From contig CAYQZW010000001.1 of NCBI GenBank assembly GCA_964422065.1, forward strand, positions 1 through 58,413: a DNA stretch of 58,413 nt. Reading direction: 5' to 3'. The translations under genes were made by a program, and so were the position numbers. The DNA is from an uncultured bacterium. Lineage in GTDB: Bacteria; Hydrothermota; Hydrothermia; WGAB01. This document shows, piece after piece, positions 1 to 11,314 of this stretch; positions within the stretch are counted from its first letter, which is position 1, and each line of letters opens with the position of its first letter. A model generated the notes under the pieces. That model was not told the DNA's origin. It did no database searches and worked only from the letters and a program-made list of their open reading frames with translations.

Positions 1-475
1 CGCGGGTGCCGATGCCCCCGCCGAGTCGGGAGAGTTCCAGGCCCTTGCCGGTCAGCCGGCTCAGGCGGTATTCCAACTGTGCGAGTTCCACCTGGATCTT
101 GGCCTCCGCGGTCCGCGCATGCTGTGCGAAGATGTCCAGGATGAGTTCGGTCCGGTCGATGACCTTGACGCCGATCTCGCGCTCCAGGTTCCGGTGTTGG
201 GAAGGGGTCAACTCGCGATTGAAGATCACCATATCCAGGCCGAACTGTTCGACGATCTTGCGGATTTCGTGGACCTTTCCTTTCCCGATGAGGTAGGCGG
301 GGTCAGGCTCAGGCCGGATCTGCATGACCTTTTCAAAGACCTCGGCGCCCGCGGTCTGGGTCAACTGTGCAAGTTCCTCCAGGCTATCCATTTCCTTCCA
401 GCGGTCCTGGGGGGAGGTCGCGAAGCCTACGAGGAGGGCCTTTTCCTTCTCGGAATCCCTTAGGGGCTGATCCAT
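1..475 (-). CDS. hflX: GTPase HflX, N-terminal part (gene continues past the window start)
   Basis: Not in the ORF track because it is open at the window edge. Hand translation of the minus strand from ATG 475 gives [18 protein letters not shown]...AYLIGKGKVHEIRKIVEQFGLDMVIFNRELTPSQHRNLEREIGVKVIDRTELILDIFAQHARTAEAKIQVELAQLEYRLSRL, which is the typical HflX N-terminal domain. The start overlaps the lon stop by 16 nt. Confidence 0.8.
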   Translation of the reverse strand, partial: MDQPLRDSEKEKALLVGFATSPQDRWKEMDSLEELAQLTQTAGAEVFEKVMQIRPEPDPAYLIGKGKVHEIRKIVEQFGLDMVIFNRELTPSQHRNLEREIGVKVIDRTELILDIFAQHARTAEAKIQVELAQLEYRLSRLTGKGLELSRLGGGIGTR

Positions 476-2826
476 GCTTGGCGGGCCGACGGCTTCTCCT
501 TGCTGGGAGGTGACACCGATGGGGCGGTCGGGAAGATCTGGCGGACCAGTTCCTCGGCGCGTTCTACAAACCGCAGGGTCAGACCCTCTTTGATCTCGTT
601 TTCCATCTCCTGGATTTCCGGCTCGTTGGCTTTAGGCAGGTAGACCACGCGGATCCCTGCGCGTTTGGCGGCCAGGAGTTTCTCCTTGAGGCCGCCGACC
701 GGCAGGACCTCGCCGGAGAGGGTGATCTCGCCGGTCATGGCGATCTCGCCGGACACGGGCTTCTGGGTCAAGGCGGAGACCATCGCGATCAGGATCGCGA
801 CGCCCGCGGAGGGCCCGTCCTTGGGGATCGCACCCTCGGGCACGTGGAGGTGGATATCGTACGTGGCATAGAAGTCTTCGTCGAGGCCAAGTTCCTCATA
901 ATGGGCACGGACAAAGGTCAAGGCCGCACGTGCCGATTCCTTCATGACGTTCCCCAGTTGACCGGTGAGTTCGAGGTTGCCTTTGCCGCGGACGGGCACG
1001 ACCTCAATGCGGAGGATCTCGCCCCCGTATTCGGTCCAGGCCAGGCCATACACCACGCCGACGGGCAGTTCGGGCTTGGCGATATGGATGCGTTGTTTGG
1101 GCAGGCCGAGGTATTGCCGGACGCGTTTCGGGGTGACCCGGACCCGCTTGCCGGTCTCCTGGTACTCCCGTGCGATCTTGCGAAGGATCCGTGCGATTTG
1201 CCGCTCGAGGTCGCGGACCCCGGACTCCCGCGTGTACTCCCGGATGATGGTCAGGATCGCCTTCTCCTCAAAGGTCACGGCGTTCTTCGGCAGCCCGGTC
1301 TCCTCAAGTTTCTTCGGGATCAGGTGACGCTTGGCGATCTGGATCTTTTCGTGGTCCAGGTAGCCCCGGATCGGGATGATCTCCATCCGGTCCATCAAGG
1401 GCCTGGGGATGCCATACAGGGAGTTGGCGGTGGTGATAAACAGGACCTCGGAGAGGTCAAACTCAACCTCTAAGTAATGGTCAACGAAGGACTTATTGAT
1501 CTCCGGGTCCAGGACTTCCATGAGTGCGGCCTGCGGGTCGCCCCGGAAATCGGCGCCCATCTTGTCAATCTCGTCAAGCAGGAACACGGGGTTTTTGGTG
1601 CCTGCGCGGCGGATCTGTTGGATGATCCGGCCGGGCAATGCGCCGACATAGGTCCGACGGTGTCCGCGGATCTCGGCCTCATCCCGGACGCCGCCGAGCG
1701 ACATCCGGACAAACCGGCGGCCCAAGGCCCGTGCGATGGACTTCGCCAGGGACGTCTTGCCCACGCCCGGCGGGCCGACGAAGCAGATGACCTCGCCTTT
1801 GAGCCGGCCCTTGAGTTTCAAGACGGAAAGGTATTCCAAGATCCGGTTCTTCTGCTCTTCCAGGCCGTAGTGGTCCTCGTCCAAAATCTTGCGGGCGTGT
1901 CGGATATCCAGGTTGTCCTGGGTCTTCTTGGACCAGGGCAACGAGATGAGCCAGTCGAGGTAATTGCGGAGCACGGTGGCTTCCGGAGAGATCGCCGGGG
2001 TCTTCCGCAGTTTGTTGAGTTCGGAGAGCGCCTTTTTCTCGACCTCAGGGGGCATCTTTGCATCCCGGATCTTCTGTTCCAGGACTGAATACTCGTCTTC
2101 TTCGTCTTCGCCCAACTCGCGCTGGATTTCCTTCATCTCCTGCTGTAAGAACCACTGGCGCTGGTTGCGTTGGATTTCCTCTTTGACCCGTTCCTCGATC
2201 TTCTTCTTGAGGTTGATGAATTCCAGTTCGCGGATGAAGAATTCAATGAGCAGTCGGAGTTGGTGTTCCAGGGTCTCGGCCTCCAGGAGTTTCTGGCGGT
2301 CTGCGGTGGGCAGAGGGAAGTGTGCCGAAAGGATATTGGCAATGACTTGGGGGTCGGTCTCGTTGTCCATGACGTTCCGGACGATCTCGTCTAACGGATA
2401 GGACTTCGCTTCCAGGAGTTGCCGGAAATAGTCCTGGGTGATCCGGAGGAGTTCGGGGATGTGCTGGCCGGTCTGGACCTGGGGATAGGGCTCCACGGTG
2501 GCGACATAGTAGCCTTCGGACTCCAGGGTGATCCATTCCCGGAGGCGGACCCGCTCGAGCCCCCGAACGAGCGCCCGGATACTGCCATCCGGAGGGGTGA
2601 TGTACTGCACGAAGGTGCCGGTGACGCCGACGGGATAGACGTCGTCCTGATCGGGCTCTTCCACACTGCTGTTCTTCTGTGTGATGAAGAGGACGTTCTG
2701 TTTCATGGACAGGGCGTGTCGGGCTGCACGGAGGGAGAACGGCCGGGCGATCAGGATGGGATGCATGCTGTAGGGGAACAGCACAATCTCCCGCAGTGGA
2801 ATCACAGGCAACGTGAGGGTTTCCAT
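460..2826 (-). CDS. lon: ATP-dependent Lon protease (LonA type)
   Basis: From ORF 460..2901. LON N-domain ([14 protein letters not shown]), Walker [10 protein letters not shown], proteolytic PKDGPSAG. Start moved to METLTL (ATG 2826), 1 nt after the clpX stop. Confidence 0.95.
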   Translation of the reverse strand: METLTLPVIPLREIVLFPYSMHPILIARPFSLRAARHALSMKQNVLFITQKNSSVEEPDQDDVYPVGVTGTFVQYITPPDGSIRALVRGLERVRLREWITLESEGYYVATVEPYPQVQTGQHIPELLRITQDYFRQLLEAKSYPLDEIVRNVMDNETDPQVIANILSAHFPLPTADRQKLLEAETLEHQLRLLIEFFIRELEFINLKKKIEERVKEEIQRNQRQWFLQQEMKEIQRELGEDEEDEYSVLEQKIRDAKMPPEVEKKALSELNKLRKTPAISPEATVLRNYLDWLISLPWSKKTQDNLDIRHARKILDEDHYGLEEQKNRILEYLSVLKLKGRLKGEVICFVGPPGVGKTSLAKSIARALGRRFVRMSLGGVRDEAEIRGHRRTYVGALPGRIIQQIRRAGTKNPVFLLDEIDKMGADFRGDPQAALMEVLDPEINKSFVDHYLEVEFDLSEVLFITTANSLYGIPRPLMDRMEIIPIRGYLDHEKIQIAKRHLIPKKLEETGLPKNAVTFEEKAILTIIREYTRESGVRDLERQIARILRKIAREYQETGKRVRVTPKRVRQYLGLPKQRIHIAKPELPVGVVYGLAWTEYGGEILRIEVVPVRGKGNLELTGQLGNVMKESARAALTFVRAHYEELGLDEDFYATYDIHLHVPEGAIPKDGPSAGVAILIAMVSALTQKPVSGEIAMTGEITLSGEVLPVGGLKEKLLAAKRAGIRVVYLPKANEPEIQEMENEIKEGLTLRFVERAEELVRQIFPTAPSVSPPSKEKPSARQAWISP

Positions 2827-2827
2827 C

Positions 2828-4075
2828 TCAGGCACGCTTCTTTCGACGGCCACGGATGAACCGGGGCAAGGTCCCGTTCCGGACCGTGTCCCCATCCACA
2901 ACGATCTCCACGACGTTCTTCATGGACGGGACCCGGAACATCGTTTCCATGAGGAGATCTTCCAGGATAGCGCGGAGTCCCCGTGCACCGGTCCCCCTCT
3001 GGATCGCAATCTCTGCGATGGTCTCCAGCGCGTCCTGGGTCACGGTCAGCCGGATGCCCTCCATCTCGAAGTAGTGGGTGTATTGCTTGATCAGGGCGCG
3101 TTTCGGCTCGACCAGGATCCGGACCAGGTGCTCCTTGTTCAGCGGATGGAGCGTCGCGACAACCGGGAATCGCCCCACGAATTCTGGCAAGAAGCCGTAC
3201 TTGATCAAGTCCTCGGGCTGGACCGGGAGCACCTCAGCCTCTTTGGGTTGGGTGTCTTCATTGCCCAGGGTTGTGGCAAAACCCAGGCGGTTCCGGCCTA
3301 ACCGGGCCTTGACGATCTCCTCCAGGCCGGAGAACGTGCCTCCACAGATGAACAGGATGTTGGTCGTGTCAATCTGGATAAAGGGCTGTTCCGGGTGCTT
3401 CCGGCCGCCTTGGGGCGGCACATTGGCAACGGTGCCCTCCAGAATCTTGAGGAGCGCCTGTTGGACCCCTTCACCGGAAACGTCGCGGGTGATGGATGGC
3501 GAATCGCTACGGCGTGCGAGTTTGTCGATCTCGTCAATATAGACAATGCCCATCTGGGCGCGCTCGACGTCATAGTCTGCCACCTGCAGGAGCCGGACCA
3601 GGATGTTCTCGACATCCTCGCCCACATAGCCAGCCTCTGTCAGGGGCGTGGCGTCATAGATGGCGAACGGGACCTTCAGAAACTCGGCGAGGGTCCGCGC
3701 GAGCAGGGTTTTGCCGGTGCCCGTAGGGCCGATCAGCAGGATGTTCGCCTTCTCAAGTTTGAGGTCTTTGTTCTTCTGGCTCAGCCGCTTGTAGTGGTTA
3801 TAGACCGCGACGGACAAGACCTTTTTTGCCCATTCCTGGCCGATCACGTGCTTGTCCAGGTACGCCTTGATCTCCTCCGGCGGTGGGGGACTCAAAATGG
3901 AGACTTCCCGGCTCAGGATGTGCTCTTCCTGCAGGATGTCCCACGCGATCTTTACGCAGTCGGAGCAGATATACGCGTCTGCACCGGAGATCAGGCGGTT
4001 GACCTCGCTCGCCGTCCGATTGCAAAAGGAACACTTGGGCTCTTGTTTACCGGCTGCCTTTTTCTTTTGTGCCAT
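2828..4075 (-). CDS. clpX: Clp protease ATP-binding subunit ClpX
   Basis: Zinc ribbon [17 protein letters not shown] and Walker A GPTGTGKT. Start set at MAQKKK (ATG 4075), which follows AAGGAG by 9 nt. The longer ORF start at 4186 lies inside clpP. Confidence 0.95.
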   Translation of the reverse strand: MAQKKKAAGKQEPKCSFCNRTASEVNRLISGADAYICSDCVKIAWDILQEEHILSREVSILSPPPPEEIKAYLDKHVIGQEWAKKVLSVAVYNHYKRLSQKNKDLKLEKANILLIGPTGTGKTLLARTLAEFLKVPFAIYDATPLTEAGYVGEDVENILVRLLQVADYDVERAQMGIVYIDEIDKLARRSDSPSITRDVSGEGVQQALLKILEGTVANVPPQGGRKHPEQPFIQIDTTNILFICGGTFSGLEEIVKARLGRNRLGFATTLGNEDTQPKEAEVLPVQPEDLIKYGFLPEFVGRFPVVATLHPLNKEHLVRILVEPKRALIKQYTHYFEMEGIRLTVTQDALETIAEIAIQRGTGARGLRAILEDLLMETMFRVPSMKNVVEIVVDGDTVRNGTLPRFIRGRRKKRA

Positions 4076-4679
4076 GTTTCGGGATCTCCTTTCGGCTTGT
4101 GATGACATCGTCAATGATGCCGTATTCCTTTGCTTCCTCTGCGGACATGAAGAAGTTCCGGTCGGTATCCTTCTCGATCTGTTCAATGGGTCTGCCGGTA
4201 TGTTTGGCCAGGATCTCGTTGAGGATATTGCGGAGCCGCATGATCTCGCGGGCGTGGATATCGATATCGACGGCCTGGCCCTGGACCCCGCCCCACGGCT
4301 GGTGGATCATCACGCGGGAATGGGGCAATGCGAACCGCTTGCCCGGGGTCCCAGCGGCCAGCAAAACCGCCGCCATAGACGCCGCCAGCCCCACACAGAT
4401 GGTGGAGACGTCCGGCTTGATGTACTGGATCGTGTCGTAGACCGCGAGGCCTGCGGTGATGACGCCACCCGGCGAATTGATGTACACATAGATGTCCTTC
4501 TCCGGGTCCTCGGCCTCCAGAAAGAGCAGTTGGGCGATCACCAGGTTCGCCACGTGGTCATTGATCTCCGTGCCAATGAACACGATCCGGTCCTTGAGGA
4601 GCCGCGAATAGATGTCGTACACCCGCTCCCCACGGCCGGTCTGCTCAATGACATACGGTACGTATTGTCCCTTCATCAC
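4047..4679 (-). CDS. clpP: ATP-dependent Clp protease proteolytic subunit
   Basis: 210 aa with [13 protein letters not shown], active-site Ser context GLAASMAA and His context VMIHQP. Confidence 0.95.
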   Translation of the reverse strand: MMKGQYVPYVIEQTGRGERVYDIYSRLLKDRIVFIGTEINDHVANLVIAQLLFLEAEDPEKDIYVYINSPGGVITAGLAVYDTIQYIKPDVSTICVGLAASMAAVLLAAGTPGKRFALPHSRVMIHQPWGGVQGQAVDIDIHAREIMRLRNILNEILAKHTGRPIEQIEKDTDRNFFMSAEEAKEYGIIDDVITSRKEIPKHGTKEKGSR

Positions 4680-5914
4680 TCGACAATCACCTCTAATTTC
4701 ACAAGGTTTTTCATCTGTTCCATGGCCTTCCGTCGGCGGATCACGGTCTTGATCCAGCCGAGGTTGTTCTTCTTTTCCAGGGCCTCCCGGTACTTCTCCG
4801 GGGGCACCCGATACTCCTTGGCCCGACGCTCGATCTCTTCCTGGATCTCCTCTTCGGTCGGCTCGATGTTCATCTTCTCCGCATACCGGTCCAGCAGGAT
4901 CTCCCGGATGATCTGGTTCGTGGCCACGGCCTGCAGAAACTCGTCGGGCTTCTCCAGGTTCTCCAGGAAGTCCGGGTTCAGTTGCTGTTTCAGGATCTCG
5001 ATGCGTTCCTGGACCAGGGTCGGGGGCACCTCGAACTGGATGCGCTGGTACACTTCGTGGATGATCTGATTCTCCACGTCCCGTTCCGAGTCTTCGCGGG
5101 CCCGTGCTTCCAATTCCTCGCGGATCTTTTTGAAGAGTTCGTCCACGTTTTCGTAGCCCAGCATCTGAGCGAATTCGTCATTCACTTCCGGCAGGACCCG
5201 GCGTTTGATGGACCGGATTTTGTAGATAAAGGTCCGATGGACTTCGTTCCCCTTATCGTCCTGGAAGGTCATCGGCACTTCCACGAGATCGCCAGGGGCT
5301 TTGTCCAGGAGGTGTTCCACGATCTTCGGGTTTGTCCGCTCCGGATCGAGCACGATATAGGCGTTTTTCAGGCGGTCTCGGACTTTGCCCTTTTCGTCCC
5401 GTTCTTCGTAGTCCACAAACACGTAGTCTCCGGGCTCGGTCTTGCCGTCCTTGGTCTCAAATTCTGCCAGCGATTCCCGGAGCCCCTGGATCCGGCGTTC
5501 GACCTCGGCCTCGGTAACCCGGATCACCTTTTTCTTGACCTGGATGTCTTGGATCGGGGGGAACTCAAAGTTCGGGATGACCTCGATCCGGGTCCGGACC
5601 TTGATCTTGCCGTCCTCTTCGGTCTGTTCTAAGAGGTGGATCGGTCCGACGAGGTGGAGGTTCCGCAGTTTGGCTTCTTCAAGGATTTTGTCTTTGAGGA
5701 CGTCCTCAAAGGCCTGGCTCCGGATCTCGTCCCGGTAGACGGTCTTGACCACCTCTAACGGGGCCTTCCCGGGTCGGAAGCCCCGAATCTTGACTCTTCG
5801 CTGCAGTGCGCGTGCAACGCGGTCGATCCGCTCCTGGATCTCTTGAGGATCGAGGAGGATCTCCAGTTCGCGAGTTGCAGAAAGCGAAGTATCCGTAATG
5901 ATCTTGTCGGCCAT
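4676..5914 (-). CDS. tig: trigger factor
   Basis: 412 aa with a ribosome-binding N-domain ([11 protein letters not shown]). Sits at the head of the conserved tig-clpP-clpX-lon arrangement and overlaps clpP by 4 nt. Confidence 0.9.
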   Translation of the reverse strand: MADKIITDTSLSATRELEILLDPQEIQERIDRVARALQRRVKIRGFRPGKAPLEVVKTVYRDEIRSQAFEDVLKDKILEEAKLRNLHLVGPIHLLEQTEEDGKIKVRTRIEVIPNFEFPPIQDIQVKKKVIRVTEAEVERRIQGLRESLAEFETKDGKTEPGDYVFVDYEERDEKGKVRDRLKNAYIVLDPERTNPKIVEHLLDKAPGDLVEVPMTFQDDKGNEVHRTFIYKIRSIKRRVLPEVNDEFAQMLGYENVDELFKKIREELEARAREDSERDVENQIIHEVYQRIQFEVPPTLVQERIEILKQQLNPDFLENLEKPDEFLQAVATNQIIREILLDRYAEKMNIEPTEEEIQEEIERRAKEYRVPPEKYREALEKKNNLGWIKTVIRRRKAMEQMKNLVKLEVIVE

Positions 5915-5953
5915 TCAGTGTCACCATCCTTGGCGTTTTTTTGGCCCTTAATT

Positions 5954-6913
5954 TTACAGGTTCTTCAGGCGTTGGGTGAGTTCAGGGACCGCCTTGAACA
6001 GGTCCTCCACCAGGCCGACATCGGCCACCTTAAAGATCGGGGCCTCCGGGTCCTTGTTGATCGCGACAATGAACCGTGAGTTCCGCATTCCAGCGAGGTG
6101 TTGCAGGGCGCCGGAGATCCCGATGGCAAAATAGAGCCGGGGTGTGATCACCTTCCCGGTCTGCCCCACCTGATGGCTATGGTCGATCCAGCCCGCGTCT
6201 ACAGCGGCGCGGGAGGCACCGATGGCCACCGACTCCCCGGTAATCCGTTCAATCTCTTGTGCGAGGGCCTTGAGGAGATCAAAGGCCTCAGGCCCACCGA
6301 GCCCGCGTCCACCAGAGACCACGATGTCCGCCTCCGCGACGTCCGTCTCGCCCTTTGCCTTCTCGTGGACACCCAGGACCTGGACCGGGCTATCCGGGAG
6401 TTGCGGGGTAAACTCCTCTACCTGTGCGCTCCCGGCGTCCACCGTCTCGATGGGCAACGCCTTGAGTTTCATCGCCAAGACTGCAGGCTGTGCGTTCAGC
6501 CGGAAGAAGCCGAAGATCTTGCCGGTATAAACCGTTTTCTTGAGGAGGAGGCCCGAGCCTTGTCGTTCCGCCTCCAGGACATCCGTCACCGCCGGCACGC
6601 CCAGCAGGGCCGCCACCCGGCCGGCCAACTCCTTGCCGTTCGGTGTGCCGGGGAACAGCACGGCCTCTGGCGACTCGTTGTCCACCACCTGTTTCAGGGC
6701 CTGGGCATAGGCTTCGCCGACATAGGTCGCCGGCAGTCCCTGGAGCGACACCACCTTTTGGGCGCCGTATGCCCCCAGGCTCTGTGGATCGGACAAGTTC
6801 GCTGTGACCGCAACGATCTCATCGCCCCACCTGCGTGCCAAGGTAAAGAGTTCCAAAGCGCCTTTCTTGGCTTGGTTCTCAAACGTTTCAACGAAAATCA
6901 AGGTCTTGGCCAT
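5954..6913 (-). CDS. etfA: electron transfer flavoprotein subunit alpha
   Basis: From ORF 5954..6919. The C-terminal FAD-binding region (AIGISGALQHLAGM) is typical of EtfA. Start moved to ATG 6913, 9 nt after GGAGG; ATG 6919 is only 3 nt from the SD. Confidence 0.9.
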   Translation of the reverse strand: MAKTLIFVETFENQAKKGALELFTLARRWGDEIVAVTANLSDPQSLGAYGAQKVVSLQGLPATYVGEAYAQALKQVVDNESPEAVLFPGTPNGKELAGRVAALLGVPAVTDVLEAERQGSGLLLKKTVYTGKIFGFFRLNAQPAVLAMKLKALPIETVDAGSAQVEEFTPQLPDSPVQVLGVHEKAKGETDVAEADIVVSGGRGLGGPEAFDLLKALAQEIERITGESVAIGASRAAVDAGWIDHSHQVGQTGKVITPRLYFAIGISGALQHLAGMRNSRFIVAINKDPEAPIFKVADVGLVEDLFKAVPELTQRLKNL

Positions 6914-6928
6914 GATCATCCACCTCCT

Positions 6929-7684
6929 TTAGAGGACCTTTTTCTCGCGCAGGATCTCAAGGAGCCGTTCCACATTTTTCGGGAACTCGTCTTGGATCAC
7001 GATCCCAGCCTCTTTTTGGGGCGGCATTTCCATGTGATCCAGAGCGAGTGCGCTCTCCGGGAGTGAGACCTCTACCTCGTCAATCGGTTTCCGTTTGGCC
7101 ATCATGATGCCCCGGAGCGTGGGGAGCCGGGGCTCATTCAAGCCCTTTTCCGTGGTGATCACGCAGGGCAGCGGCGCCTCCACCTCAATGGCGCCATCGT
7201 CCGTCTCCCGGTGTGCCTTCACCTTGCCGTCCTGGACCTCCAGGTGCACGACGTAGGTCAGGAGGGGAACCCCTGCGAGGGTAGCGAGGTAGGCGGGCAC
7301 GAGTCCGAAGTTATCGTCCACCGCCTCTTTCCCCATCAATACGAGATCAAAGCCTTCCTGGCTCAGGAACTCATGGAACGCCTTTGCGGTGGCCTCGGGC
7401 GACACAAAGGGTGAGGCATTGATTTTCAGATGGACCGCGCGGTCGGCCCCCAATGCCAACGCATTCCGGAGCGTCTCTTTTGCTCCATCGTCGCCCAGAG
7501 AGACAGCCACGATCTCTGCGTCCCCGGCCTTTTCTTTGATCCGGAGCGCCTCTTCAATGGCGAACTCGTCATAAGGGTTGACCACATAATTCAGGTTTTC
7601 ACGGACGATATCGGTCCCCGTGTCGTTGACCTGGACGGGGATCCCGGTATCGGGAACTCTTTTGAGGAACACGATGAGTTTCAT
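6929..7684 (-). CDS. etfB: electron transfer flavoprotein subunit beta
   Basis: 251 aa starting MKLIVFLKRVPD, EtfB-like throughout, directly upstream of etfA. Confidence 0.9.
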   Translation of the reverse strand: MKLIVFLKRVPDTGIPVQVNDTGTDIVRENLNYVVNPYDEFAIEEALRIKEKAGDAEIVAVSLGDDGAKETLRNALALGADRAVHLKINASPFVSPEATAKAFHEFLSQEGFDLVLMGKEAVDDNFGLVPAYLATLAGVPLLTYVVHLEVQDGKVKAHRETDDGAIEVEAPLPCVITTEKGLNEPRLPTLRGIMMAKRKPIDEVEVSLPESALALDHMEMPPQKEAGIVIQDEFPKNVERLLEILREKKVL

Positions 7685-7704
7685 GGTTCACCTCCTTTTC
7701 CGGC

Positions 7705-8898
7705 TTATGATGGGCGGATGACGGACATGGCGACGGCCATACCGCCCCCGATACACAGGGTTGCGAGGCCACGATAGGCCTGGTATCGCTTCATGGCGTA
7801 GAGCAGGGTCACGAGGATCCGGGTCCCACTGGCACCGATCGGGTGCCCCAGCGCGATGGCGCCCCCGTGGACATTGACCTTGGACCAGTCAAATCCCAGG
7901 GCTTTGCCGTCGGCCAGGGTCTGGGAGGCGAACGCCTCGTTGATCTCAATAAGGTCAAAAGCCCCGATATCCTTCAGGCCGAGGAGGTCCATGAGTTTCT
8001 GGACCCCTGTAATCGGGGCAAAGAAGAGTTCCTTGGGCTCCACGGCCCCCGAGGTATAGCCCTCAATGATGGCCAGGGGCTCTAAGCCGCGTTTTTCGGC
8101 CTCCTCCTCGCTCATCAGGACCACCGCCGCGGCGCCATCGTTCAGGGTGGACGCATTGCCGGCGGTGATCATCCCGTCCTTTTCAAAGGCCGGCTTCAGT
8201 TTCGCGAGTTTCTCGACCGAGGTATCCTTCCTCGGCCCCTCGTCCACACGGACGACCTGGACCTCGCCCTTCCGGCCGGGCACTTCTACCGGCACAATCT
8301 CTTCATCAAAGAGGCCGTCCTCTATCGCTTTCACGGCTTTCCGATGGCTCTCGTACGCAAACTGGTCCAGTTCCGCTCGGGTCAACCCCGCCTTTTTGGC
8401 GGTGTATTCGGCGAGGTTCCCCATATGCAGGCCGGAGAACGCGTCGAGCAAGCCGTCATAGATCATGAGGTCAATGAGTTCCGCGTTGCCGTATTTGTGG
8501 CCCTTCCGGTAGTTCTTGATGGCGAAGGGGGCGTTGGACATGGACTCCATGCCGCCGGCGACGACGATCTTGGCCTGGCCCAGCGCAATGGCCTGGGCCC
8601 CGAGCATTACAGACTTTAAGCCAGACCCACAGACCATGTTGACCGTAAAAGCCGGGGTATGAGGGCTGACCCCTCCCTTGATCGCCGCCTGACGGGCCGG
8701 TCCTTGTCCTGCGCCACCCTGGAGCACGTTGCCCATGATGACCTCATCCACCTCTGCGCCGTCCAGGCGCGCCCGTTTGAGCGCCTCCCGGACCACGATG
8801 GCCCCGAGATCGGTCACCTCTAAGGCCGATAAGCCCCCCATGAACCGACCGATCGGGGTCCGAACTGCAGAAACAATGGCTACTCGCTTTTGTGCCAT
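7705..8898 (-). CDS. acetyl-CoA C-acetyltransferase (thiolase II)
   Basis: 397 aa with VAIVSAVRTPIG, active-site Cys context VNMVCGSGL, and C-terminal GLATLCIGGGMAVA. Confidence 0.9.
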   Translation of the reverse strand: MAQKRVAIVSAVRTPIGRFMGGLSALEVTDLGAIVVREALKRARLDGAEVDEVIMGNVLQGGAGQGPARQAAIKGGVSPHTPAFTVNMVCGSGLKSVMLGAQAIALGQAKIVVAGGMESMSNAPFAIKNYRKGHKYGNAELIDLMIYDGLLDAFSGLHMGNLAEYTAKKAGLTRAELDQFAYESHRKAVKAIEDGLFDEEIVPVEVPGRKGEVQVVRVDEGPRKDTSVEKLAKLKPAFEKDGMITAGNASTLNDGAAAVVLMSEEEAEKRGLEPLAIIEGYTSGAVEPKELFFAPITGVQKLMDLLGLKDIGAFDLIEINEAFASQTLADGKALGFDWSKVNVHGGAIALGHPIGASGTRILVTLLYAMKRYQAYRGLATLCIGGGMAVAMSVIRPS

Positions 8899-8944
8899 GC
8901 GAAACCTCCTTGTTTCCTCTCCCGCCCTGCCTGACCCGATGCTC

Positions 8945-9553
8945 TCAGACTACACCATTTTTCTTCTTGTGGTACTCCTGGAGTACCGACCGTTCATACG
9001 GCAGATCAATGAGTTTTTTCAACCCAATGACCGCCATCAGCCCCACGAGACGGATCCAATTGGCGGTGGACCCCACGACGCGAATCCCGGAAAATGCGAA
9101 GATCACCATGCCGATCGCCAAGGACAGATCAAAGTTCCGGGTGATGGCAAAAGCCAGGGCCACCACCGCCAGGAAGAAGGTGGTCAATCCGGGATAGAGT
9201 GCGAAGAAGAACCCATAGAGGGTGGAGATGCCTTTGCCGCCGCGGAACCGGAGGTAGATCGGGAACTGGTGTCCCAGCAACACGCAGAGTCCGGCGAACC
9301 ATACCGTTCCGGACCCCGGCCCATAGAGCCCCTGAGCCACCACGCCGACACTGAACCCTTTCAGGCCATCCAGGAGGGCTGCCAGGAACCCGAAGGGGAG
9401 CCCGGCAGCGCGTGCCGCATTGTGTGCGCCGACATTCCCATCGTATAGGCGTCGGAGATCTATCCCGCTCCGCCACCGGGCGATCAGATAGGAAAAGGGG
9501 ATCGCCCCGACGAGATACGCCCCCACAAAAAACAGCCATGGAGAAACGGCCAT
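8945..9553 (-). CDS. plsY: glycerol-3-phosphate acyltransferase PlsY
   Basis: 202-aa polytopic protein with GAIPFSYLIAR, GNVGAHNA and FRGGKGIST motifs. Confidence 0.9.
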   Translation of the reverse strand: MAVSPWLFFVGAYLVGAIPFSYLIARWRSGIDLRRLYDGNVGAHNAARAAGLPFGFLAALLDGLKGFSVGVVAQGLYGPGSGTVWFAGLCVLLGHQFPIYLRFRGGKGISTLYGFFFALYPGLTTFFLAVVALAFAITRNFDLSLAIGMVIFAFSGIRVVGSTANWIRLVGLMAVIGLKKLIDLPYERSVLQEYHKKKNGVV

Positions 9554-9616
9554 GATACACGCTCCTGTTTGGGTCCACTTTAATTTTACACCTTGTCAGG
9601 AAATCCCCGGACCGGG

Positions 9617-10711
9617 CTATGCCGTAGGTTTCCAGACCACAGATTTTGAGGTCCGGGTCTGCGCCCGGGCCAATGCCAGTTCGATCAGCCGGTCAATGAG
9701 GTCCGGGTAGGGGAGCCCGGAGGCTTCCCAGAGTTTGGGATACATGCTGATGGGGGTAAACCCGGGGATCGTATTGATCTCGTTGACATACATCGCGCCG
9801 GTCTCCCGATCCAGCAGGAAGTCGATCCGGGCCATGCCGGCAGCGTCAATGGCCCGGTAGGCGCGGATGGCCAGGTCCTGGAAGGCCTGGACCTGCGCCG
9901 GCGATAAGGGGGCCGGGATCAGGAGTTCCGAGCGGTCGTCCAGGTACTTCGCCTCGTAGTCGTAGAACTCCCGAGAAGGCCGGATCTCGCCTGGAACCGA
10001 GGCCTCGGGACGCTCGTTGCCCAGGACACTCACCTCAATCTCCCGCGCCGGGATCCCCTGCTCGACCAGGACCTTGGTATCGTACTGGAACGCCAGGGTA
10101 AGGGCCTCTGCCAGGTCATCCCACCGCTTGACCTTGGTGATGCCGATGCTGGACCCCAGATTGGCGGGTTTCACAAAGACCGGGAGCGGGAACTGCTCCC
10201 GGAGGCCCCGAACCACGCCCGCCGGGTCGTCCTGGAAATCCACCTCAAACACCACCTCAAACGGGACCACCGGGATGCCGTGGGCCTGAAGCACCGCCTT
10301 GGTCAGGACCTTATCCATGGCGACCGCGGATGCGGTGACCCCAGCGCCGACATACGGGATCCCCTCCAGTTCCAGGAACCCCTGGACCGTCCCGTCTTCG
10401 CCGAACGGGCCGTGGAGCAACGGGAAGACGACATCCTGTTGCCGGAGTACGTGGAGGACCTGGGCGGAGAGCCGTTCCTCTCGGGCCTGGACCAGCGGAT
10501 GGTCATCTTCAAACGCCGGGAGGCCGGCCAGGAGTTCTTGCTCGAACCGGGGATCCGCGACCCAGAACCCACCCCGGGTGATCCCGATGACCGTGACCTC
10601 ATAGCGGCTACGGGAAATGACCTGGAGCACGGAACGAGCAGAGATTAAACTGATCTCGTGTTCGGCGGACCGACCGCCACAGAGGATTGCGAGTCGGATC
10701 GGCTTACGCAT
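9617..10711 (-). CDS. ddl: D-alanine--D-alanine ligase
   Basis: 364 aa with LCGGRSAEHEISL, an ATP-grasp region and EINTIPGFT. Confidence 0.9.
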   Translation of the reverse strand: MRKPIRLAILCGGRSAEHEISLISARSVLQVISRSRYEVTVIGITRGGFWVADPRFEQELLAGLPAFEDDHPLVQAREERLSAQVLHVLRQQDVVFPLLHGPFGEDGTVQGFLELEGIPYVGAGVTASAVAMDKVLTKAVLQAHGIPVVPFEVVFEVDFQDDPAGVVRGLREQFPLPVFVKPANLGSSIGITKVKRWDDLAEALTLAFQYDTKVLVEQGIPAREIEVSVLGNERPEASVPGEIRPSREFYDYEAKYLDDRSELLIPAPLSPAQVQAFQDLAIRAYRAIDAAGMARIDFLLDRETGAMYVNEINTIPGFTPISMYPKLWEASGLPYPDLIDRLIELALARAQTRTSKSVVWKPTA

Positions 10712-11198
10712 GGAGCAGGTCCTGGAAAATGGGCTTGAGGCGCCGATAGGTCTCCTCCAGGCCCTCGGGGATGACCTTGGTATCGCCGATCACGGGCATA
10801 AAGTTGGTGTCCCCGGTCCATCGGGGAACCACATGCATGTGGAGGTGCTGGTCAAACCCGGCACCCGCAACCTTGCCCAGGTTGATCCCCAGGTTGAACC
10901 CTTCGGGCTGGAACGCACGCTTGAGGGCCTGAACAGAGACCGTGGTCAGGTGGAGGAGTTCGCGCTGTTCGTCAGGGGTGAGTTCTTCCAGGTTGGCGAT
11001 GTGGCGGTACGGGGCGACCATCAGATGGCCGGTGTTGTATGGGAAGATGTTGAGCAAGACAAAGGTGTGTTGCCCACGGTACAGGATGTAGTTCTGATCG
11101 TCCTGCTGTTCTGCGGGCTTGGTGCAGAAGATACAGCCCTCAATCTTCTCAATTTCTCGGATATAGGTGATCCTCCAGGGAGCCCAAAGCCGTTTCAT
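10704..11198 (-). CDS. HIT family hydrolase
   Basis: Histidine triad HLHMHVVPR. Start moved to MKRLWAPWR (ATG 11198), supported by a promoter placed immediately upstream. Confidence 0.8.
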   Translation of the reverse strand: MKRLWAPWRITYIREIEKIEGCIFCTKPAEQQDDQNYILYRGQHTFVLLNIFPYNTGHLMVAPYRHIANLEELTPDEQRELLHLTTVSVQALKRAFQPEGFNLGINLGKVAGAGFDQHLHMHVVPRWTGDTNFMPVIGDTKVIPEGLEETYRRLKPIFQDLLHA

Positions 11199-11205
11199 AA
11201 CCCCG

Positions 11206-11234
11206 ATTTTACGCCAGGCGTTCAAAGAATTCAA
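11206..11234 (-). promoter_or_regulatory. sigma70-like promoter TTGAAT-17-TAAAAT, 7 nt upstream of the HIT ATG (leaderless-type geometry)
   Basis: Minus strand reads TTGAAT (11234-11229), 17-nt spacer, TAAAAT (11211-11206), cggggtt, ATG 11198. There is no SD. Confidence 0.45.
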
Positions 11235-11314
11235 AACCACGGCTTGGACCGCCGAGGGCATGCCTCATAATATCAGGGCAATCTGAACCACAAAAATCTT
11301 GGAGGATGGACTCC

